Assembly (NCBI GenBank): GCA_025056655.1
Contig: JANWVL010000110.1
Span: 10,035-74,034, forward strand
DNA length: 64,000 bases
From: Candidatus Methylacidiphilales bacterium
GTDB taxonomy: Bacteria > Verrucomicrobiota > Verrucomicrobiia > Methylacidiphilales > JANWVL01
Direction: 5' to 3'
A program made the position numbers and the translations under genes. A model generated the notes under the pieces. The model was given only the letters and a program-made list of their open reading frames with translations. It was not told the DNA's origin and searched no databases. The stretch's first letter is position 1; each line of letters opens with the position of its first letter. Shown piece by piece: positions 43,992 to 53,539 of the stretch.

Positions 43992-46529
43992 TCATCCTGG
44001 GGTTTTTTCAATTTGTTGAGATCGCCTTTCATTTGGCTCAGAGGAAGCTTCGAAGGAGAGGCAACTTCCCGCTGTATCCGTGGAGACGAGGATTTGCGAG
44101 GCCTGTTGGAGGCTTTCCTTGAGTAATTCTTCCGCGAGCGGTTGCTCTAGGTATTTCTCGATTGCACGTCGTAGAGGACGCGCGCCATTAGCAGGATCGT
44201 AGCCTTTTTGAATGAGAAAGTCGATGGCTTTTGCATCTAAGTTTAGGGTTAACTGATGGGATTTCTGGAGTCTATCAGAGAGCTTTTTGACTTCGATATG
44301 GACGATTTTCGATAAATCTTCACGGTTTAGGGATCGAAAGACGATGATGTCGTCCAGTCGGTTTAGAAATTCGGGGCGGAATGTTTTTTTAGCTATATCG
44401 AGCATGCGTTCTTTTGTTTGCTCGTAGCTCATGGAGTCCGGTTGTGAACCGAATCCGAGAGCGCCTTTATTGGCGATCACTTCAGCACCGACATTGGAAG
44501 TGAGGATGATAATCGTGTTGCGAAAATCTACTTTGTGGCCAAGGCTATCTGTGATTATCCCTTCCTCAAGGATTTGTAGAAGCACATTCCAGACCTCAGG
44601 ATGGGCTTTTTCTATTTCGTCGAATAGGACTACGCTGTATGGGCGGCGACGCACTTTTTCAGTAAGTTGACCGCCTTCCTCATAGCCGACATATCCTGGA
44701 GGTGCACCGATCAGTCGGGAAACATTAAATTTCTCCATGTATTCGCTCATATCGATCTGAATGAGCGCATCAGGTGTGCCGAACATGTATTCGGCTAGAG
44801 TTTTCGCCAGAAGGGTTTTACCTACTCCCGTAGGTCCAAGGAAAATGAAAGAACCAATCGGACGTTTGGGATCTTTCAGATCAGCGCGAGCTCGTTGTAA
44901 GGCTTTGCCTAGAGCTTGGACAGCTTCATCTTGACCGATGACCTTCCCTTTGAGTTCTTCAGCGACTCTGAGTATACGATCGCGGTCCTTTTGAGACATG
45001 CGCTCTAGCGGCACACCTGTCCATTTGGCAACGACGTGCATGATGTCGTCAGCGTTCACCTCCACTATTTGTTCTTCACGTTTTGCTTTCCACTCAGCAA
45101 TCGTTTTATCGAGGCGTTCTTTAAGTTTTTTTTCCTGGTCACGGAGGCTTGCAGCTTTTTCGAAATTTTGAGCTTTGATGCTTGCTTCTTTTTGGCTTTT
45201 GATGGCCTGGAGCTCTTCTTCCATTTGTTTGATTTCTGGAGGCCTTGACGTGACAGAGATACGAGCGCGAGCCCCCGCTTCGTCGAGCACATCGATCGCT
45301 TTGTCTGGAAGATAGCGGTTAGTCAAATAACGTTCAGATAGACGCACGGCTTGCTCGATTGCTTCATCAGTGAATCTTGCATGATGATGCGCTTCGTATT
45401 TTGGGCGCAGACCGCGGAGAATCTCAATAGTGTCCTCTATGCTTGGAGGATCTACGAGGACTTGTTGAAAACGTCTTTCTAAGGCGGCGTCCTTTTCTAT
45501 ATGCTTGCGAAACTCAGCTAGTGTTGTTGCCCCGATGCACTGCAGTTCTCCTCGTGCTAAGGCGGGTTTAATGATATTCGAGGCATCCAGTGCACCTTCT
45601 GCAGCGCCTGCACCGACCATCGTATGCATTTCGTCGATGAATAAGATAACGTTTTTTGATTTCCTAATCTCATCCATCACAGCTTTGATCCGCTCTTCAA
45701 ATTGACCGCGATACTTCGTGCCAGCGACCATCAAAGCTAGGTCAAGCATGATGACGCGTTTATCGGAAAGTAAATCAGGCACATTTCCTGCCACGATCTC
45801 CTGAGCCAATCCTTCCACTATCGCTGTCTTGCCCACACCAGCTTCGCCGATGAGCACCGGGTTGTTCTTGGTGCGACGGCAGAGGATTTGAATGACGCGT
45901 TCGATTTCGTTTCTACGCCCGATCACAGGATCAAGTTCGCCTTTGCGGGCAAGCTCAGTGAGGTCACGACCGAAAGCTTTTAAGGCCGGGGTTTTTATTG
46001 TGTTCTTTGTTCCCTGAGTTTCAGGGGCACTAGCAGAAGCGACTGCATCGTCGTCTTCTTGTTCTGTTGTTTCCTCCGGAGGGGTGAAGTTGGGATCCAG
46101 CTCTTTTAAAATTTCGTTTCGTGCTTTCTCCAAGTCCAAATCTAGACTTTTCAAGACACGCGCAGCTACACCCTCTCCTTCTCGCAGTAACCCCAGTAAT
46201 ATATGCTCTGTGCCGACGTAAGTATGATTTAACGCCTTGGCTTCTTTGCTAGCTAAAGCCAACACTTTCTTTACTCTCGGTGTATAGGGAATATTCCCTG
46301 TCACTTTGGCTTCTGGACCAGTGCCGACTTGTTTTTCGACCTCAATTCGCACGGTCTCTAGATCGATGCCTAATTTCGTCAATACGTTCACGGCAACACC
46401 TTGGCTGAGCTTAATCAAGCCTAAAAGTAGGTGCTCAGTGCCGACGTAATTATGATTGAAGCGGTCAGCTTCTTTTCGTGCCAAGGCCAACACTTGCTGG
46501 GCACGGGGGGTGAAATTATTCATCGACAT
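43992..46529 (-). CDS. clpC: ATP-dependent Clp protease ATP-binding subunit ClpC-type AAA+ chaperone
   Basis: 845 aa. The duplicated Clp_N repeat is visible ([33 protein letters not shown] / [33 protein letters not shown]). There are two Walker A motifs ([30 protein letters not shown]) and a short UVR-like middle domain ([14 protein letters not shown]). Confidence 0.9.
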   Translation of the reverse strand: MSMNNFTPRAQQVLALARKEADRFNHNYVGTEHLLLGLIKLSQGVAVNVLTKLGIDLETVRIEVEKQVGTGPEAKVTGNIPYTPRVKKVLALASKEAKALNHTYVGTEHILLGLLREGEGVAARVLKSLDLDLEKARNEILKELDPNFTPPEETTEQEDDDAVASASAPETQGTKNTIKTPALKAFGRDLTELARKGELDPVIGRRNEIERVIQILCRRTKNNPVLIGEAGVGKTAIVEGLAQEIVAGNVPDLLSDKRVIMLDLALMVAGTKYRGQFEERIKAVMDEIRKSKNVILFIDEMHTMVGAGAAEGALDASNIIKPALARGELQCIGATTLAEFRKHIEKDAALERRFQQVLVDPPSIEDTIEILRGLRPKYEAHHHARFTDEAIEQAVRLSERYLTNRYLPDKAIDVLDEAGARARISVTSRPPEIKQMEEELQAIKSQKEASIKAQNFEKAASLRDQEKKLKERLDKTIAEWKAKREEQIVEVNADDIMHVVAKWTGVPLERMSQKDRDRILRVAEELKGKVIGQDEAVQALGKALQRARADLKDPKRPIGSFIFLGPTGVGKTLLAKTLAEYMFGTPDALIQIDMSEYMEKFNVSRLIGAPPGYVGYEEGGQLTEKVRRRPYSVVLFDEIEKAHPEVWNVLLQILEEGIITDSLGHKVDFRNTIIILTSNVGAEVIANKGALGFGSQPDSMSYEQTKERMLDIAKKTFRPEFLNRLDDIIVFRSLNREDLSKIVHIEVKKLSDRLQKSHQLTLNLDAKAIDFLIQKGYDPANGARPLRRAIEKYLEQPLAEELLKESLQQASQILVSTDTAGSCLSFEASSEPNERRSQQIEKTPG

Positions 46530-46567
46530 ACCACCAATAATTTAGCGCAAACTCAAAAAATGCGAAA

Positions 46568-48784
46568 CTATTTTTGGACCCGTGCGTTAATCATTTCTAG
46601 AAGCTTTTGAACATGATCAATTATATCCTTTCTCCTCGTGCGAAAGGCTGCAATCCGAGCTACTTGTGCTGCTTCACGTGCCCCCTCAACATCGCCGAGA
46701 TCGTTTTTTGCTAAAGCTATTAAAGCTAAAACTTCCGGGTTATCAGGCTGAAGTTGGAGAATATTTTCAAAAATCACCAAAGCCTTCTCAGGTGATTTGT
46801 TTAACGCAAGAGCTTTTCCGTATGTGAGCAGTGCCGCAGGATCATTCCGATTTAGGTCTAGTGTGCGTTGCGCATAGAATAAAGCATCAGAGGCCTGGTT
46901 AACCTGGATAGCCAGATTCGCTGCCACGATATTCCAGTTAAAATTTTCGGGATTAGCATTCGCAGCTCGTTTCATCGCTTCCAATGCAGCATTCCAACTT
47001 CCTCTAGCAGCCGCAGCCTGGCTAATTCGCGCCCAATATACATCATCAGTCTGAGAGGGCATACCTCTGCGCCTGAAGACCTCCTCAATAGTCTGGAAAG
47101 CTTCTGCATACCGTTTTTCCTTCATCAACACCTCAAGAAGCCGATTCACGGGCAAGTCCAAATCTGGCCGGTTCTCCATCGCTAGACGCAGATATTTTAT
47201 CGCCTCATCCATCTTGCCTCGATACACTAGGATATCCCCCAACGTATAAAGCCCCTCGTAAAAATTAGGATCGATTTTGACCGACCGCCGCGCAAATTCC
47301 TCCCCTAGCACAAAATCTCGATCCGGAAGTTTCGACGCTACAGCAGATGCAAAGTTGTTGTTTAAATGTTTACTGCCTGGATTTTTCACAACATCACTTC
47401 CATACAAGGTCACGCCGTTCAACCAACGACCGCAAAGCCCGTAGCTCATGATTCCGCAGATCGCAACAGCCACGCCTAAAGCGACTATAGCCCCATAGCG
47501 TCCCACGTCTCCCCATCTATTCTTTAACTTTTTTAGCCTCTCCGCCAAATGCTCTACAACAATGACCACCAGCGCGACCATCCAAAACAAACTCAAATAA
47601 AAATAACGATCCGCCACCGTCGAATACCTCAACTGATACTCATACGGGACCAGTCCCAAGGTCGGCAACACACACACTCCCGCCATCCCAACTATCCAAA
47701 AATATCGCCGAAACCCCTTCCACAAAGCCAAACCTAACAAAGCAGCTCCCGTCACGATAGCTCCCGTCCTCCATCCCTCCTGTGCCATAAGCCACTGAGG
47801 CGTCCGACCGTAGTCAATGATAATCGGATGCGGATAAAAAAATTTTTTAACATAAAACCCAAACGCATCCAAAGCAATCCAGATCCGATTTCCCCACGAA
47901 GGAATTTGATCCCGCACCTCCGTCATCGGCTGCATCGTCTTGATCCAAGCTGTCCACAAGACACCGATCAACACCCAGCCTAAGTATAAACGCAAAACCT
48001 CATCCCACTTCCTGCGGTAAAAAAAGTAGTCCAGCCCCATCATAACAAGAGGGGTAATCACAAGGCTTGGCTTCGCCATCAGGCCTAATATAAAAGCCCC
48101 CAATCCACCCCAATACCATCTGTCTGCTTCCACATCTCGAACCCTCCCCCCCAACTGGGCTTCGCGATACCGCATCCCACAATATAAAGTCAAAAAAAAC
48201 AACATCGCGCTTAGCAGGTCTTTCATCCCCGTCACCCAACTCACAGGCTCCACACTCAGCGGATGGAGGCTGAATAATAAAGCGCCGAGCAGCGCCAGCT
48301 CCTTACACTTCACAAAGCGACGGAGCAACACCATCACCAAAATCCCATTTATAACCGCCACCACCAAATTCGCCGCATGAAAAACTTCCGGCATTAAATT
48401 CGTCTGATTGTATAAATCCGTGTCTCGATAATTCGGATTGATCCAGCGCGATACCTGAGCCAACCCCATCCACACCGTGTAAACCAGCGGGATATACAAT
48501 TTCCCATACTCCTGCGTCCAAAATTTCACCAGATTTCCCAAAGTAAACTCCCTAAGGTACGGATTCTCGCAAATGTTAATCTGCACATCATCCCATATGA
48601 ATCGAAAATTCACCGACTGCCCGTATACCCCCAACACTGCAAGGCACACAAAAATTATCGACCCCCAACGCCACACCGCATCACCTGTCTGGTTTCTTTC
48701 AGAACATTCCAGTCCAGAAAAATCAGCCTCGCGAACTTTAGATAAACGGACAACTTTATTCTTCGACTTTTCCTTTTTAGCCAT
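46568..48784 (-). CDS. TMTC-like polytopic membrane protein with C-terminal TPR domain, paralogue 2
   Basis: The motif LFSLHPLSVEPVSWVTGMKDLL and flanking helices align with the 35082-37331 product. The C-terminal TPR repeats include YTLGDILVYRGKMDEAIKYLRLAME. The ATG at 48784 gives MAKKEKSK and lies 2 nt after the stop of the upstream GT9 gene. The track start at 48862 would overlap that gene. Confidence 0.7.
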   Translation of the reverse strand: MAKKEKSKNKVVRLSKVREADFSGLECSERNQTGDAVWRWGSIIFVCLAVLGVYGQSVNFRFIWDDVQINICENPYLREFTLGNLVKFWTQEYGKLYIPLVYTVWMGLAQVSRWINPNYRDTDLYNQTNLMPEVFHAANLVVAVINGILVMVLLRRFVKCKELALLGALLFSLHPLSVEPVSWVTGMKDLLSAMLFFLTLYCGMRYREAQLGGRVRDVEADRWYWGGLGAFILGLMAKPSLVITPLVMMGLDYFFYRRKWDEVLRLYLGWVLIGVLWTAWIKTMQPMTEVRDQIPSWGNRIWIALDAFGFYVKKFFYPHPIIIDYGRTPQWLMAQEGWRTGAIVTGAALLGLALWKGFRRYFWIVGMAGVCVLPTLGLVPYEYQLRYSTVADRYFYLSLFWMVALVVIVVEHLAERLKKLKNRWGDVGRYGAIVALGVAVAICGIMSYGLCGRWLNGVTLYGSDVVKNPGSKHLNNNFASAVASKLPDRDFVLGEEFARRSVKIDPNFYEGLYTLGDILVYRGKMDEAIKYLRLAMENRPDLDLPVNRLLEVLMKEKRYAEAFQTIEEVFRRRGMPSQTDDVYWARISQAAAARGSWNAALEAMKRAANANPENFNWNIVAANLAIQVNQASDALFYAQRTLDLNRNDPAALLTYGKALALNKSPEKALVIFENILQLQPDNPEVLALIALAKNDLGDVEGAREAAQVARIAAFRTRRKDIIDHVQKLLEMINARVQK

Positions 48785-48786
48785 AA

Positions 48787-50043
48787 CTATCCCTTCAACT
48801 CTCCAGCAAGCAGCGACTCCACTGCACCCAGCACAAAAGAAGGCTGCATCTCCTGCATACACACATTATTCCGACAAGGAGAAAAACGATGGTTAAAAAC
48901 ACTCACACAAGGACTGCAAGCCAATCCCAAATTCAAAGCACGCACCCTATCCCCCAGCGGAGCCCAAAGCGCAGGCGTCTCAGGACCAAAAAGCACAACC
49001 ACAGGAATCCCCGTCAAAGACGCAAAATGTCCAGGCCCACTATCGTTCGTGACCAAGACTTCGCATCGGCAATACAGCGTTAAAAGCTGTCTCAACGTCG
49101 TGAGACCACACAAATTGATTACACGCCCCTTAGGCCATCTTCGAATAGCATCCTCCACAGCACCTCGCTCGGAAGCCGTCCCCGTCACAATAAAATCCAC
49201 ATCAGGATAACGTTCAGCCACAAGCCTGACCAATTCCTCCCAGTGTTTCATCGGCCATTTTCGCAGCGGCAACAAGTCTCCGGCATTAGGATTGAAGATC
49301 CAACGCCTTCGGCCATGAGATTGAGCCCCCATGCTTCGCAAGAGTTCATCCACCTCCTCCTCATCTCTCGACGTCGGCACAAATACGGGCGGCACAAGCT
49401 TTCTCTCGATCCTTTCCTTCAAAAAAGGCTCCTCCGACCGCTTACTAAAAAGCGCCTGCACCAGCACCATAAAAGTCTCAGCCGTGTGAAGGCTAAAATT
49501 ATAGTTCACCCTATGGGTAAATAAATCGCCACAATAAGGCAGCTCACTGGTAAAGCGGTGCAACCCCGCGCGCACCCTAGCCCCCGTCGCCCAAGAAATC
49601 AGTGCTCCCGCGCGCGAGAAAAACTCATAATTCACGCAGCCTTCTACGCCTAGCTTCCGTAAACGCCACAACGCTCCCAGTAAATCCCAACCGAAAACAA
49701 AAAGATTCTTCTTCCGCAGCGCCAACACATTCTCTTCCGGCACCCCCCCCATGATCGAGAGTAACTCTACACTATCAGAAAACGTCAACACATACACATT
49801 CCTCCAACCCACTCGCTCAGCTGCATAAGCGTATGCCGGAGCTGCTAACACCTTAGCGCCTATCTCAGTAACTTGCACAAAAACTACTGACCGAGGCTGC
49901 CTATCCGTGTTTTTTCTCCCCCAAAAATTACTTCCTACCTCCATCATCCGCCGCAACGCTGTGGCGATCACACACAACGGCACCCCCAACCAAAAATCAA
50001 TCCAACGTATCAATACCGGCTTCAAGAATCCAGACTCCCTCAT
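48787..50043 (-). CDS. glycosyltransferase family 9 (heptosyltransferase-like)
   Basis: 418 aa. NPNAGDLLPLRKWPMKHWEELVRLV, LCGLTTLRQLLTLYCRCEVLVTNDSGPGHFASLTGIPVVVLFGPE and CSPC are typical GT9 C-terminal-domain motifs. Confidence 0.8.
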   Translation of the reverse strand: MRESGFLKPVLIRWIDFWLGVPLCVIATALRRMMEVGSNFWGRKNTDRQPRSVVFVQVTEIGAKVLAAPAYAYAAERVGWRNVYVLTFSDSVELLSIMGGVPEENVLALRKKNLFVFGWDLLGALWRLRKLGVEGCVNYEFFSRAGALISWATGARVRAGLHRFTSELPYCGDLFTHRVNYNFSLHTAETFMVLVQALFSKRSEEPFLKERIERKLVPPVFVPTSRDEEEVDELLRSMGAQSHGRRRWIFNPNAGDLLPLRKWPMKHWEELVRLVAERYPDVDFIVTGTASERGAVEDAIRRWPKGRVINLCGLTTLRQLLTLYCRCEVLVTNDSGPGHFASLTGIPVVVLFGPETPALWAPLGDRVRALNLGLACSPCVSVFNHRFSPCRNNVCMQEMQPSFVLGAVESLLAGELKG

Positions 50044-50058
50044 CTCTATAAATAAAAA

Positions 50059-50133
50059 TCGGAGCGACAGGATTCGAACCTGCGACGTCCTGCTCCCAAA
50101 GCAGGTGCTCTAGCCAGGCTGAGCTACGCTCCG
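50059..50133 (-). tRNA. tRNA-Pro (anticodon UGG)
   Basis: The minus strand reads CGGAGCGTAGCTCAGCCTGGCTAGAGCACCTGCTTTGGGAGCAGGACGTCGCAGGTTCGAATCCTGTCGCTCCGA. It folds as a cloverleaf with a 7-bp acceptor stem, a GTTCGAATC T-loop, and anticodon loop TT-TGG-GA with G37. No CCA is encoded, and a T-run follows. Confidence 0.93.
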
Positions 50134-50249
50134 AATATGCCTAAACTAACAAAAAAACATACCTACTCAATCTAAACTTCATCCTCACCCATTCGAGAAA
50201 GGATAAACCGCTTGGCACCATTTCCACTTCCTTTCATCATCCCCATACG

Positions 50250-50852
50250 ATGAAAATCAAAATGACTTGGGCTAACCGCATCACCCTTTTCCGCCTGATT
50301 CTCATCCCGGTTTTTATCACCTTCATGCTATACTATGCCGAGGCTTCCCAGAACGAAACCAACCCGGACCTATGGCGCTGGCTAGCACTTACCACTTTTG
50401 TGCTGGCAGCTGTGTCCGACGCAATCGATGGCTATTTAGCTCGCCATTTCAATCAATTTACCCCGCTAGGATCTGTGCTAGACCCCATCGCCGACAAGCT
50501 TCTCATGCTAAGCGCAGTCCTAACCCTAAGTTTTATCCACATTCGAGGAGGTGTAGGCCTTCCACTATGGTTTCCCGTGATCATAATCAGCCGCGACATC
50601 TTTCTACTCATAGGCTCAATTATAGTTTACCTTACCGTCCATGGCTTCGACGTAAAACCCCATTGGACAGGCAAATGGGCGACATTCTTTCAACTCACAG
50701 CAATTATTGCTGCGCTGATGGGCTACCCTCACGCAATTTGGATTTGCCTTACCGCAGCTTTATTTACCGTGATCTCAACATGTTTCTACGTCGCCGCTGC
50801 CTTGCGCCTCATCGCCTCAAGCCCCTACTATCAGACAGTAAAGAAAGACTAG
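50250..50852 (+). CDS. pgsA: CDP-alcohol phosphatidyltransferase (phosphatidylglycerophosphate synthase-like)
   Basis: The motif DAIDGYLARHFNQFTPLGSVLDPIADKLL matches D-x2-DG-x2-AR...G-x3-D-x3-D. The 200-aa protein has multiple TM helices. Confidence 0.85.
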   Translation: MKIKMTWANRITLFRLILIPVFITFMLYYAEASQNETNPDLWRWLALTTFVLAAVSDAIDGYLARHFNQFTPLGSVLDPIADKLLMLSAVLTLSFIHIRGGVGLPLWFPVIIISRDIFLLIGSIIVYLTVHGFDVKPHWTGKWATFFQLTAIIAALMGYPHAIWICLTAALFTVISTCFYVAAALRLIASSPYYQTVKKD

Positions 50853-50867
50853 ACTCTCCGATGCTGC

Positions 50868-52265
50868 ATGTCAGATCCCACTTCGCCTTCAATCCTTACC
50901 GTAGCAATCGTCGGGCGTCCCAACGTAGGCAAATCAGCACTCTTTAATCGCCTGGCAGGACGCGATCTAGCTTTAGTCTATGATCAACCCGGCGTCACAC
51001 GCGATCCGCTAATCGCCAATTGCCAATGGAAAGGAGTCTCATACCAACTTATAGACACAGGCGGAATCGCCTTTCCAGAGACTCCACTAGACCAAGCTGT
51101 CCGCGAACAAGCCTTTCTAGCTGCTTCCACTGCCCAACATATCCTTTTTGTCGTCGACGGCCGCTCAGGCCTTCACCCGCTCGACCAAGAAATAGCACTT
51201 TGGTTCCGAAAAAATTGTTCCACCCAACGCATCACCCTTGTCGTCAACAAAATAGACTCCGAAAAACAAAAACTACTCATAGACGACTTCCATGCACTAG
51301 CCATCGATGATATACAGGCAGTCTCCGCAGCACACTCCATCGGAATCCGCGAGCTCCGGGATAAAATAGTCCAGCCTTACCTAAAGCAACTTCACCAAAT
51401 TCCTCCCCCTACAGCTGCTGAAACGTCACGTATAGTGCCCTTCAGAATCGCTATTATTGGAAAACCCAACGTAGGTAAATCATCACTAATCAACGCCCTT
51501 ACCAAAACCACACGCGCTATCGTAAGCCCGACCCCCGGCACCACCCGAGACAACTTAGACATCCCATTCACCTGGAAAGACAAACATTTCCTCTTGATCG
51601 ATACAGCAGGAATGCGTTCCCGATCGCATATCTCTGATCCCCTCGAAAGCCTCACCACTAGCCGATCCGCTCATGCTATTAACCGCTCACATCTATCCAT
51701 CCTTTTGCTAGACACCGATCGTGGAGTTACCACCCAAGACAAAAAAATCGCCGGCCTCATCCAAAAATCACGACGTCCATCCATCATTGCCGTAAACAAA
51801 TGGGACAAGCTTAAAGAAGCGCCTAACCATACCACAGCTTCACCACAGGCATGGCGAGAAGCCATCCAACGAGAACTTTTCTTCCTAAACTACGCACCAA
51901 TTTGCCTAATCAGTGCACAGACTCACGCAGGTCTAACAGAACTCATGCACACCCTGGTTCAAGTGCAAGAAAATCTCACTCACACCATCCCTACATCCCT
52001 TTTAAATCGCATCATCTCCGAAGCCATCCAAAAACAACCTCCCCCCACAAAAAAAGGATCCAAAAAACTCAAAATCTACTTCGTCTCCCAACGCACATCA
52101 GAAGAAAGCGGACCGTTTTCCCCCCCCAACTTGCAATGCTTTGTGAATGACGCATCACTACTCTCGCCCGATTACCTACGCTACCTCGAGACAACTATAC
52201 GAAAAACATGGCCACTCCACGGAGTCCCGTTAAACTGGATCATCCGTTCACACTCCCCCTCATGA
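50868..52265 (+). CDS. der: ribosome-biogenesis GTPase Der (EngA)
   Basis: There are two tandem GTPase domains (VAIVGRPNVGKSALFNRL...DTGG; IAIIGKPNVGKSSLINAL...DTAGMR...NKWD) plus a KH-like C-terminal domain. Confidence 0.93.
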   Translation: MSDPTSPSILTVAIVGRPNVGKSALFNRLAGRDLALVYDQPGVTRDPLIANCQWKGVSYQLIDTGGIAFPETPLDQAVREQAFLAASTAQHILFVVDGRSGLHPLDQEIALWFRKNCSTQRITLVVNKIDSEKQKLLIDDFHALAIDDIQAVSAAHSIGIRELRDKIVQPYLKQLHQIPPPTAAETSRIVPFRIAIIGKPNVGKSSLINALTKTTRAIVSPTPGTTRDNLDIPFTWKDKHFLLIDTAGMRSRSHISDPLESLTTSRSAHAINRSHLSILLLDTDRGVTTQDKKIAGLIQKSRRPSIIAVNKWDKLKEAPNHTTASPQAWREAIQRELFFLNYAPICLISAQTHAGLTELMHTLVQVQENLTHTIPTSLLNRIISEAIQKQPPPTKKGSKKLKIYFVSQRTSEESGPFSPPNLQCFVNDASLLSPDYLRYLETTIRKTWPLHGVPLNWIIRSHSPS

Positions 52266-53533
52266 ACACTCCAGCCTCTCCCTCCTCATCGTTCAATTAC
52301 AAAGACTACTTCATCCTCTACGTGGATGACGAAAACAAATCACTCAAATACTTCACCCAAGCATTCTCAGATAAATTCTCAATTCTCACTGCTGATAACG
52401 CGCAAGAAGGATTTGAGCTATTCAAAGCACATGTTCCACGTGTCGCCATCCTGATCACAGATCAACAAATGCCGCGAGAAAAAGGCACACAATTTCTTGA
52501 GCGAGCAAGAGCCTTCTACCCCTACACACTTCGAATCCTCGCCACAGCCTATGCTGATCTTCAATCTGCCATCGAAGCCGTCAACTCAGGAGCAATCTAT
52601 AAATTTATCACCAAACCCTGGGACATCCCCCAACTCGAAATCATGCTCCTCCGTGGCGTAGAATTCTACATCCTACAGCAAGAACGAGAACGTCTCATCC
52701 GCGAAAAAATGGATATCCTTCAAGAACTCATCACCCGAGAGCGCATCCTCTCCCTGGGCATTCTCTCCGCTGGACTCAGCCATCATCTCAACAATGCAAT
52801 GACAGCCATAAAAACCTTCCTCGACTTAGCTCCACTAAAGCTACAATCAGAAATCATCGATCCTCACCAGCTCAAAGATCCTGAATTCTGGCACGATTTC
52901 CACCACCAAGCTCAACAACAAACTCAACGAATCGCTTCCCTCCTACAACAACTCTCGCTCGCCGACCCCCATCAACACACCCTCATGCTTTCAACAGTCC
53001 AACTAGACCAGCTTCTCCAACAAATTATCCAACACTTGCGTCCGCACGCTGAACAAAAATCCATCAGCATAAAATTTACCTCCTCGACTACGATTCCCCC
53101 ACTAAACACCGATGAAGAAAAGCTAGAACAAGCCCTCAGACTCATCCTCAAAGACGAAATCACTGTTCTCCCTCATCAATCCACCATCACGATCGACCTC
53201 TCACACTCTCCCCCCAACCACCTAAAGCTCCTAATCAGCGACGACGGCCCATCTCTCACAGAGGAAGCCCTTCAATCCCTCTTCAATCCATTCTTTCAGC
53301 GCAACGACGAACTTCCCCAAGAATACGGCGTCCACCTCATGGCAGCCTATCTCCTCATTCACCAAATAAAAGGCAAAATCCAAGCCCAGAGTCATTCCCC
53401 CAACAAAGGCACCACATTTACAATCACCCTCCCCCTCACATATCCCACAGATTCTGAGCCTTCTCCCCCACCCATCCAATCGTTTCTGCAGAACCAACAA
53501 ATTCTTGAAAGCATTTTATCTGGAAAAAGATAA
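52262..53533 (+). CDS. hybrid response-regulator receiver / histidine kinase
   Basis: The REC domain carries the phospho-acceptor context AILITDQQMP and the Lys motif KFITKPW. An H-box-like GLSHHLNNAMTAIKTF follows, then a degenerate HATPase_c (ISDDGPS..., GTTFTITLP). The ATG at 52262 forms an ATGA overlap with the der stop. The track start at 52208 would overlap der. Confidence 0.75.
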   Translation: MNTPASPSSSFNYKDYFILYVDDENKSLKYFTQAFSDKFSILTADNAQEGFELFKAHVPRVAILITDQQMPREKGTQFLERARAFYPYTLRILATAYADLQSAIEAVNSGAIYKFITKPWDIPQLEIMLLRGVEFYILQQERERLIREKMDILQELITRERILSLGILSAGLSHHLNNAMTAIKTFLDLAPLKLQSEIIDPHQLKDPEFWHDFHHQAQQQTQRIASLLQQLSLADPHQHTLMLSTVQLDQLLQQIIQHLRPHAEQKSISIKFTSSTTIPPLNTDEEKLEQALRLILKDEITVLPHQSTITIDLSHSPPNHLKLLISDDGPSLTEEALQSLFNPFFQRNDELPQEYGVHLMAAYLLIHQIKGKIQAQSHSPNKGTTFTITLPLTYPTDSEPSPPPIQSFLQNQQILESILSGKR

Positions 53534-53539
53534 TACCGC

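Noticed and set aside
50044-50249. tRNA-Pro as an integration hotspot or genomic-island boundary
   Set aside because: There is no integrase and no direct repeat of the tRNA 3' end in the flanks that I could find. Both neighbours, GT9 and pgsA, look like ordinary chromosomal genes.
50372-50947. 191-aa ORF overlapping pgsA and the der start in another frame
   Set aside because: The product is Arg/Pro/His/Ser-rich low-complexity with no family resemblance. It lies fully inside a region with well-supported genes. Long open alternative frames are expected where the strand is extremely C-rich and stop codons are depleted.
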